44,399 bases of DNA from Octopus bimaculoides (Eukaryota): the NCBI RefSeq assembly GCF_001194135.2, contig NC_068981.1, positions 67,318,565 to 67,362,963 of the forward strand, written 5' to 3'. The position numbers and the translations under genes were made by a program. Numbering within the stretch: position 1 is the stretch's first letter; the number at the start of each line of letters is the position of its first letter. This document shows, piece by piece, positions 34,021 through 44,399 of this stretch. A model generated the notes under the pieces. That model saw nothing but the letters and a program-made list of their open reading frames with translations. It had not been told where the DNA came from and did not search any database.

Positions 34021-34601
34021 TACATACATACACACAAACACACACACGCATGTATAATACGTTTGTGATTGCTTGTATAAATGTATGCATTAATATGGAA
34101 AAGATATTTCTTATATGGCGTGGATAATTTAAATATAATATTCAAGAAACAATGCTAGGAATGAAATGCTTTCATTGGTCTTGATATAAATATATGGTGC
34201 ACGAACTGGCAAATAACTAAATAGTATGTAAATCTGTATGTTTGATTTTGGAACAGCAGACAACATTCAAGTAACGATAACTATTTCACAGGATATTTAA
34301 CTCTCTATCCCATTTTCAATGTAAAGCGAAACTTAGATTGCATCATATCAACGGAGCCTTCTTTAAGCTTATTAATTTTATTCTATCTAGCATGAAAATG
34401 GAATATACTTGTAAGTTAGCGAATTTTTCTTTTCATATTTGTACTTAATAATCTAAAAATGATTGTGTATTCATTTATAGGTATTTTCGTTTCTGTAACT
34501 TTTCGCTATTAGATCGTACTGTAGTAGTAGTTGTAGCTACAGTATTATAATATTTGCTGTAGTAGTAGTAGTAGTTCTCGTTTGCTTTCTCCACTTAATA
34601 G

Positions 34602-34749
34602 TATCAGCCTTAATACCCCAGTCGTCTTGTGTATTCTTATCGTTATTCTCTCTGTTGGTGCTGTCGTTGGAATTTTCAACAAAAAAGAAACGAGGAGAAA
34701 AGAAGAGAAACTAAGCATTGATATCTGTCTTTTCCGCAACATTAATTAG
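34602..34749 (+). CDS. candidate terminal exon encoding a transmembrane helix plus basic tail (unverified)
   Basis: Pyrimidine-rich acceptor TTTGCTTTCTCCACTTAATAG, then ISLNTPVVLCILIVILSVGAVVGIFNKKETRRKEEKLSIDICLFRNIN*. No upstream exon identified. Confidence 0.22.
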
Positions 34750-37239
34750 AAAATGATGCAGTGAGACATAGGACGATTAAAACCCTGAGAAACTATCTGT
34801 CTGTTTCTCACACATCTGAAATAAATAGAGTCTGCATTACTTTACAATTCGAATCTATCAATGAATGATTAATCAGTTGATGCGGAAATGGAAGTTATGT
34901 GGCATCTGTGTCTTGGATAAAAAAATGTCTCAAAGTGCAATTTTATACTATTACATTCGTGCAATCTACTATGTACATAAAATAGATTCTCATCAGCAGT
35001 TTCAATTTCGTGGATAACATTCTGAATAATAGACAAAAATTCGCTTTCTCCTGGCATTCGGCGTCGCTTGGCTGTTTTCATCGAACTGCGAATGTTTTGA
35101 TAGGTCAAATCCGCACTAAAGATTGTTTGGAGAACAAAGCATGGAGTCTTCAATAAACCAGTTAGAGAGAGAAAATATAGATGATTTAATAAACTTTGCA
35201 CAAGAGTTTGAATGTAATATGTACTAAAAAGACATTTATAGTATATTCCATGAAATATTGTAAAAAAAAAAAAAAAAGAAAAACCATTCAAATCGACGAA
35301 TAGAATTTGTACTGAAATAGTATAAATTTTTATCCATGGATAAATATAAAATTACATTGAATTAAAAGTATAAACAGAAGAAATGAATAATATGTATCTC
35401 CAAAATCTGAAATACAAGTATAATTCAACATTTATGTAACAAAATTAATATCAAACAAGAAAATGAACATTCTTCGTATTATATTTGTGTGTGTGAGTGC
35501 ATTTATGGGCGTGTTTTTTTGTTGGTGCTTAATGAGAACATACCAATTCCCACAGTCTTGGTGTAACAGGGCTATGATAAAAGGCCCTTGATTTACGATA
35601 GTAAGATATAATTTAAATGAACTTTTGTTGCTATTCTTAGCTTATGAACCACCTAATTCTTTGTGCAATAGTAAGAACCAAAACAAAATTAAATCATGCC
35701 ATTTCTCGTGAAAAAAGATTTTGACAATACTTGTACACGCATGCGTCCTAACTAGTCAAGGTTTTATCTAACTTCATAGAATTTGCTTATAATTCTAGCC
35801 TGTTAGCTGCACTAATACATATTATTTAGCTCAGCTAAATGAGTAATTTACCCATTGAAACAGCAACAATCTTCGTATATATATACATAAATATATACGT
35901 ACATCACCCACATCATGAATAATTGTTTGAAAATAGTTATCGCTTACCTACGAAGCATGACCGGAATATTGTAAATATAATCTGTAGCTAATCCTGAGGA
36001 TACAGTTGTGTAGAGATCATAATCACTAATGATATAAATAACACTGGTGGAATGTTCCTGTCAGAATGAGAAATAAAATGCAAGCTTAACAGATCAGAGC
36101 CAATGATCCTGGTTGGCGAAAAGAAATTATGCATAGTAGTGGAACCCTGATGCTCAGTAATATGGTCACAGTGTTAAAGATTCATGAAAAGAAGACATCA
36201 TTGTTGAATTAATGAGATATCTTCAGTAACTTCCTCCAGACAAGAAAGTTATGTGCCGATAATCATTGCAGGACATGGATACGTGACTAAATTTATCAGC
36301 CCATATCTTTCAGAGCCTAAGATTTAAAAGAAAAATAAGTAGAAGAATATGAAGGACACGGCTAATTAGAAAAATACAGGCGGCACCAGTCATTAGTTTC
36401 ATTCAAAGAATATGTGGAACATAGAAGAAGTTTAGCATGCAGTAACTGAACATATACATACACAGCGTAAACATGCAAACAGGTCAACCCATACGGGTCC
36501 ACTTTAATTATATCTATGCTTAAACATATATGTGCGTGTACATAGATACGTACATATATGCAAAGAGCATGAATGATGACGAAAATTGATGTTTAAATTC
36601 TAATGGAAAAGAGTCGTTTCTCACTAAACCAACCACTATTTCCATTTGATGAAAAATTAAGAGCAAAATAAACCAAATAAGCATACATGAATACTCATAG
36701 ACGTACATACATGCTGTCAGAGAATCATATATAAATGATAGATGTGCATTAAGTTATTTAAATAATTTAGAATAGATTTTGAATATAAATAATTTTCTCG
36801 TTTGTTGTCTCATTCTATGAACCATTTATCATGCTAATGCAACCTGTAACTTTTCCACTTTCAGCACTTTTGCAATTCCTTTTCTTCTGTAGGGGATTTA
36901 CTTTAGAGAACAAATATCTTAACACCCGTTTGTCATATATGAACATTAGAATTTATGATATTGTTGGAGATCTATCTAGGTTTTTCCTTTGCACGATTCA
37001 AGAAAAAATTAAAAAATCATTTCTGCCATAATAGTTTCTGCTAGTTGTGTGTATGTGAAAGCTTTTATGTATGCATATATATTGATACATATACGAATAA
37101 ACATGCATTCATGTAATATGGCCCTTTATGAAATTTAAGTACGCAAGTATGTGTACAATAGTGTTTATGTATAAATGTGTTCGCGCGCGTATGCATGTGT
37201 GTGTGTGTATGTGTGTGTGTATTTGTGTGTGTGTGTGTG

Positions 37240-37270
<31 letters not shown>

Positions 37271-37511
37271 CTATATGCACATGCGATTAAGTGCACATTT
37301 TTATCCTGGTAACTCAACTGGAAAATTGCTGGATTTTTATGAAATGATCACTGTACTACTAATCGATTGTATCTAAAGAATGCAAACCTGTTTGCTTTGT
37401 CTTTTCTTGGTTAATCCCTACATTACATTTCTCATTAGTTCGCCAGAAATCTATATTTCTTTAATTTAAATAAATGTTCCACTTCAGCTGGTAAGGGGAA
37501 CTTTAAATAAT

Positions 37512-37718
37512 CCTTACTATTATAGGCACAAGGCCTGAAATTTGTGGGAGGGGGCTAGTCGATTTCATCGACTCCAGCGTTCAACTGGTACTTAATCGAC
37601 CCCGAAGGATGAAAGAAAAAGTCGACCCCACCGGAATTTGAACTCACAACGTAGCGACAGGCTAAATACCGCTAAGCATTTCGTCCGGTGCGTTAACGAA
37701 TCTGTCAGCTCGCCGCCT
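37512..37718 (-). mobile_element. SINE family A copy
   Basis: Reverse complement begins AGGCGGCGAGCTGACAGATTCGTTAACGCACCGGACGAAATGCTTAGCGG. Confidence 0.87.
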
Positions 37719-38204
37719 CTGAACTTTAAAATAATGCACTATTTTCTTTGCTGAGCCAATGAAAAGTATCAGACTTATAGCGTCTCTTCTAATTTGCTGT
37801 ACTTTTCTTCAAATATTTCACCAAGAATATTCATTTTTAATACCGTAAATGATACAGCGGATATTGTTATCGGAAAATTGAATTTAAGAGGTATCCACCT
37901 ACTATTGAACAAGTATTTAGTTGCTTACTTCTCCGAAAGTACATCATTCTAGGTGAGATGTGATATATTTCTCATGAATTCAGGAGAATTTACTCTTCTT
38001 ACTAATGTTATCGACATTAATTTCCTTGCAAGAAATGTACTCATGCATAAACTTCTGCTGGTTTGATGATATTCTCCTGCAGGATTCTTTTTAAGTAGGT
38101 TGTTTTCTACTAATCTCACTATGTTGTTTATAATGCTGTATACACATGATACACATGTAATCTATGTATATTTGCATGTGTATATTAATGCATATATGTC
38201 TGTA

Positions 38205-38276
38205 GCTATCCATCCATCCATCCATCCATTCATCCATCCATCCATCCATCCCTTTATTTCCCTGCCTCTCCCTCTT

Positions 38277-38347
<71 letters not shown>

Positions 38348-38375
38348 CTCTTTTTGTTTGTCTATCTATCTTTCT
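38205..38375. repeat. (CCAT)n/(CTAT)n tetranucleotide microsatellites
   Basis: Directly visible. Confidence 0.95.
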
Positions 38376-38506
38376 ATGTATATATTTATATGTACATATA
38401 CCAAAATAACACCCATAGACACAGTGACACATACATACGTATATATATCTATGCATATATTTAAAAACACATATATTATATATTGCCTGTATATGTATGT
38501 ATGTAA

Positions 38507-38540
<34 letters not shown>

Positions 38541-39805
38541 NNNNNNNNNNNNNNNNNNNNNNNNNNNNNNNNNNNNNNNNNNNNNNNNNNNNNNNNNNNN
38601 NNNNNNNNNNNNNNNNNNNNNNNNNNNNNNNNNNNNNNNNNNNNNNNNNNNNNNNNNNNNNNNNNNNNNNNNNNNNNNNNNNNNNNNNNNNNNNNNNNNN
38701 NNNNNNNNNNNNNNNNNNNNNNNNNNNNNNNNNNNNNNNNNNNNNNNNNNNNNNNNNNNNNNNNNNNNNNNNNNNNNNNNNNNNNNNNNNNNNNNNNNNN
38801 NNNNNNNNNNNNNNNNNNNNNNNNNNNNNNNNNNNNNNNNNNNNNNNNNNNNNNNNNNNNNNNNNNNNNNNNNNNNNNNNNNNNNNNNNNNNNNNNNNNN
38901 NNTATATATATATATGGCACAGAAATGTTAACATAGAGTGGTGAATAAATCGATATATCGAATTTGAAGTCTCTGTCTCTTTTGAATATGAAAATTTAAA
39001 AGTTTAAAAACCTTATAATATAAATATAAACTGTGAGAACGACCCTTAAGGAATCTAGTTAATGATCTCCTAAGGTAAGTTCTTATGCTATATTGGTAAC
39101 GGTTGCTACATCCTCTGGAAAAATTATTATATATATATATATGTATATAAAGCATGTGTGCGCGTTTTCTCGTATATATATATGGTTATAAGGCTCTTTG
39201 GAAAACATTACATGCAGTTAAATAAGCTCCTTATTGTACTTATCTCAGAAGAATATTTCAAAGAACTTTATAGAGGAAAATGGCCCCAATAAATGAAAGA
39301 TATTATCTAATGTGAATAAACTCATGAATCTCCATAAACTTTAAATGTGCTCTCAGTGTGCTAAAAATCTAGATAACTCGATACGCTAATTAGTTTGAAA
39401 TGGAACAATAATGGGAAAAAAACTTTAATATAAATTGCGCAATTGATTGAATTTGGCAAAATCGATTATAAGTAAATAAATACGAGCTTTATTATCAATG
39501 CTATTACTTTTATTTCTAACGATTTTTCTGTTATATAGTAGTGAAATATTTCGTTTTATTGCTTTCTTGTAAATGAAATTTGTATGAAAATTATCTCGCC
39601 AAAAGACTTTTATACACACATACACATACAGACCAGCACCTAAACACACATATAAGCACACTTCCGTACAGGCACATTCAGTATAAACACGCAAACACAC
39701 ATATATGTAAATGTCGGTATATGTGCACAGATACAAATATAATTGATAAATTTATGCTATACATGCAATAAGCAATCCTAATTCTTGATCTAGCTGAAAG
39801 AGAAA

Positions 39806-39941
39806 TGCACACACATATATATATATATGTATATATATATATATGTGTGTGTGTATGTATAAATAATGTATGTATATATATTACACACACACGCACACAC
39901 ACACACGCACACACACACACACACACATACACATATATATG

Positions 39942-40011
<70 letters not shown>

Positions 40012-40045
40012 CTACGTATGTACGTATATGTGTGTGTGTGTCGGT
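39806..40045. repeat. compound (CA)n/(TA)n/(TG)n microsatellite
   Basis: Directly visible. Confidence 0.96.
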
Positions 40046-40249
40046 GTGTGTTTAATACATAGTACGTCTAGTAATTAAGGAACGATTAATATCTATGAGT
40101 ATGTGCACATTTTCAAAAATGTTCCACTTTATCTTCGGTTATGTATTCATAAATGGAGAAAATTTGTTCTCGTATTTAAATATGTGAAATTGGCTAAATT
40201 ACTACATATAATCTATATAAATTCCATATTTCACAGATATGTGTTTTCA

Positions 40250-41750
40250 GTAGCCTAAAGGCATAATTTGAGTTCAGAATATACAAATGAGTATTTTTCT
40301 CCTGCACAGTAGTATCTAGTTTTTAGATTAAAGCGAACAAGTCCGCACCGCTTCTTCAATATTTTAGATAACGTGACAACTCTAGTTAAGACTAAGTTCA
40401 GATGATGCTCAGTACGAATGCATATGAATTGTAACTTTTGGGAGCAGCGTGTGAATATAGTTTTCATTGCTGTCCTGAAGAGTGAACCGTTAGAATATAT
40501 AAGTCAATGGAAAAGGTGGGCAACAGGTAAATTTCAATGCAAAGCTATCTAGATGCATGCATTATTTATAATTGTGACGTAGAGAAGAAACAGTATATCA
40601 GTCTGCTAACGCTTGCATTGTGTTGGCCGTTCTTTTCTTTACTGTGGAACTCTATTTTCCGCACGAGGTATGTGAACAGTATATCACAGTGAATGCGGTT
40701 TCATATTTGAAAAGAATAAATAAAAGATCAAAGCAGAAGATACTCAGCTTTTGTGGTTTTTGGAATGCAGTTTTGGCTGTGTTATATGTGACAATACTGA
40801 TTCTACCTGCTTCTTCCATCTTTGATTCTTCCTTATCATTCTCATCAGTTTCTATCATTTTAATTTTCTGTTTTATGAGAAAAAGTTTTGATGTATCCCA
40901 TATTTGCCAATTTTAGGGGTGTCATTACTATCATTAGAAACTTGCAGGAGCTTTCACTTGAATTATTCGTGAGTAGTGAAAATGTAATATATTCTATTGA
41001 TAAGTATCGAAAATGTGTTTCCACTGTTCATTGAGATTAAGTTATCATGTTCTTGTTGCTATATATTTCGAGGAGTTTCATCTGGAAATAATTCAAATCT
41101 GTTAATGCTGTGTAGGTTGCTTGCAATAACATCTGGACATAGGGGGTTAAAGATAAATGCAAGTGTGCATCATATGCATGGTAGAGAGTGTTAACAGAAG
41201 TAATACATAATATGTCTTTAATGTACATTCAACGAATGAAAAATATGAATGGGGTATACATCCCAGTATATAGATCAGAGATCAACATCGGTTTACGATG
41301 TAAAAACGTTGATCAACAACTAACTCATATCGAAGAATGGAAAATTACATTAAACTAACTCACAGGCGCAAAACATGGGTTATAATCTGAATACAATTGC
41401 AGATTTTGCCGAACACTCCATGGACCAGAAGGATCTAACGAATATATAATGTAGAAGTGAATTTTCTACAGTACGTCTTTGTCGAGAGAAATCGAGAAAA
41501 AATATAGCCTGAAAATAATGAAGAAGGTTCATGTATATAATGATAGTTGAGATGTTAAAGATTAGAGTGATACATCTGTGGTTGTCAGCTTTGAGACATT
41601 AATCTATTTGGAAATGTAATACATTTGTCCATTTCCAAAACCTGGAGCGAATCGAGGTACCGAGTGACAAATAGATGTATAAAGATGCGGCATTAAGAGA
41701 AGGAAACTATCTTACTTATTAACTGTAACATGATTTGATGATTGAAATAG
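40250..41750. mobile_element. possible very decayed R4-like RT traces (minus about 40250-40900, plus about 41300-41750)
   Basis: Weak peptide echoes only: NYIHTLLP (cf. NYRPITCL), MDQKDL..CRSE (cf. MDDLKLYG.SE) and IMKK. Confidence 0.22.
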
Positions 41751-44399
41751 AATCTACTAGCTATAGTTTGCAAAGTTATTACAGATAATCGTGGCAAGGG
41801 AGTATTAGGCCATAGTTTACTCAGATAACAGAATATCCAGCCTGTAGAATGGACTAATTCTTTGTTTTCATGGTTGTCATTTTGGACCCATAATTACATT
41901 CCCGTTGGTGATGATGATGATGGGTGACTACGGAAAATGTAGCCAGAGCCTTCGGCTATTTTATCACAGTCCAATTGAAAATAGTTCAGATGTGTGTGTG
42001 ATCTTTGAATGTAAGATGGTTGTGTAAAGGTGTCATGAAAAGTAGTTATCAGATAACTGCTACCCGATTGTACTTGGCTAGAAATGAAGCCTATTTGTTG
42101 CTAATAGTAAACAACACGAGGATGTGAGCATCACTTATATAACTTGAAATTCCAGAGGATTTGTTCGGAAGACAAATATGTACTGTCGGTTGATATGTTT
42201 TGGTTTGCTTGATTATGTATTATTAAGACCTTATGGGAATAGTGACTGAGTCAATGCAAAAACTCAAGACTAATTTAGATCTTAGGAAGAAATTGGATTA
42301 TATAGATCAGCACTCTACAACTATATCATCAACACAGTTACTGCAGAAATCAGAGAAATGGTGTTTCATGAATATTGAAGTGAGCAAATGTAATGACTTG
42401 AAGTAGGTGTCCCAAAAGTAAAGCGAGAAAGAATCGAAAACATGCTGGCAATTAGGAGAGTTCGGAGAGCAGTAGGAACAAAAGATGATATTAGGGAGGA
42501 CTAACGAAGAGAAATGAACCAGGTAAATTATTGGAAATATATTAGAAAATATTGCAAATAGCAGAACACAATTTTGCAAACAAGGTGGTTAAATTCCATT
42601 AAAATATTACATCAGATGCTTAGATTTCTTATTAATATTACTGATAGCGTACTCAGTGAGTCACTCTCTTACGCATCTTTATATGATCTATACAAATATA
42701 AATATGCAGATGTCTCATTTGGCGCAAGTACGAACATAAATATATATTTTATAGACTTTTACTGGTCATTCCATTTTTCAAAATATTAACATTTTATAAA
42801 TTTTTTCAATATTTTTGTTTGACTTAAATTAAGCTTTCATGATTCACTCTATAAAAACTAAGAGTGTAAGAAAATGCTTAGTAATTTGTTCTGTTGTATA
42901 GATTGAGTGCGAACTATTTATTACCCGTTGTGTGATTGAACGGGAATAAAAACATAATTTTTATTTCACATACTTTCCATGTAAAAATGTTGTAACCGTC
43001 GGCACAAACTGAGATTCAGATGGTGTTGTTTGATGGAATGTAGATCCTGTAAAAATAAATGAACCGTCCCGACCATTTTGAATGAAACCCGATAAGAATA
43101 GTTGGTAGAGAAAAATAAAGTAACTGACTAATTATTCATTTAAAATTCAATCACCGCCGCCATTTTCTCATTTTCACAGTCAAAAATTTCAAAGATTTAT
43201 TAATTGCTCTCTTTCTAAAATATAAAGACATCTTGAGGCAATACAAACATACACCAGTAATTTTCGTTATACGTACGAATAATCAAAGACAAAAAATAAA
43301 GCAAAACCATCATACAAGTACTTTTATTTCAGGTCAACATATGGTTGCAAATGGCATACAAAATTTTGCCCATGGCACAGATCTTTTCAGAAAAGTTTGT
43401 CTACCTGTGTTCAAATCGTGGCTCGGAGATAAAATGTATACAAACATAAATACGTAAATGCACCATTTTTGCGCAAATGCGAACATAATCTCACACATAC
43501 ATATACACATAAATATATATGCATGCATACATATGCAGGAAAATGCATGGAAATACATGTATGCATAGACATGCATGAATACGTTACAATATATACATAC
43601 ATACAAATTTTATATATATATATAAATGTATATATATATATATATATATNNNNNNNNNNNNNNNNNNNNNNNNNNNNNNNNNNNNNNNNNNNNNNNNNNN
43701 NNNNNNNNNNNTGTGTGTGTGTTATCTATATGTACACGAATAGTAAACATATATTTGTATGTATGCATATATAACCAAAATAATAGATGTGACAGTTGTC
43801 ATTAATACAAATATGAAAAAAATTTTCTGTACTACTATTCAAACCTCAAACTACTTACAGACTGAGTATAAAATGAGATGAATGATACAACTTTGTTATA
43901 TCATATTATAAACATTTCATATCAATTCCGCCATATATTCTCTTAAATAGAAAAACAGAACACGCATAATTTATTTAAAAAAAAGAAATCATACATTTGA
44001 ACCACGTGAAACACATTTAGACAGGAAATCATATGTTATTTCTTTACCTGTATTTATTGAAAATTCTTGCAATCGTTTTTTTTTTTGGTAATCATATGTT
44101 AGTTTGTACAAAGTATTAATATGGTTCTTTGTTATACCTTTACCGTGTGCAGTGAGAGCATAACAAATACGTTTGCTATCAAAAGTCAGATAGATGCTAT
44201 ATTTGCGTTAAATCATTTGCTAAACGTCTTCGCACGCCTCTTAAAAATAAAATACTCATCGCTCGGAATCAACCAATAATTTCATGTATAAAGTAAATGA
44301 TAAAATCGCGTATATGTATATGTATGTATGCATGTATGATTGTATTTATATATGTATGTATGTGTGTATGTACGTATATATATATATATATATATATAT

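Noticed and set aside
34955-34996. CTGATGA-G-AATCTA..TAGATT on minus
   Set aside because: Three extra bases before GAA, A15.1 is T, and there is no stem III or stem I.
36001-36069. VEIIITNDINNTGGMF resembling a cadherin DxNDN motif
   Set aside because: Bounded by stops within about 25 codons with no other cadherin motifs; nearby IIIAG suggests a decayed LINE endonuclease instead.
41278-41306. Nested hairpins GATCAAC..ACATCG-GTTTA-CGATGT..GTTGATC
   Set aside because: Short stems; hammerhead core bases do not match; compatible with chance or an unrecognisable relic.

Overview
AT-rich eukaryotic DNA from a gapped draft assembly (ten N-runs). It is dense in microsatellites, tRNA-headed SINEs and decayed transposon fragments. 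The SINE families and microsatellite load match what I recognise from Octopus genomes (inference, not a database result). I recognise no intact host protein-coding gene, rRNA, true tRNA or CRISPR array; most long ORFs in the track are microsatellite or N-gap artefacts. Recognisable elements are a mariner transposase relic, a 5'-intact but 3'-truncated RTE LINE abutting a Helitron helicase C-terminus, R4/Dong-like, CR1-like and second RTE-like LINE relics, and two Penelope-like fragments. The most interesting signal is non-coding: several minimal type I hammerhead-ribozyme motifs with palindromic stem III and mostly GUA cleavage triplets (1244-1297 minus; 25629-25717 minus; 25976-26063 plus; degenerate ones at 1515-1571 and 28869-28912). 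Each sits in or next to an inverted-repeat/fold-back structure. All alignments, translations and folds were done by eye, so boundaries are approximate unless stated as exact.
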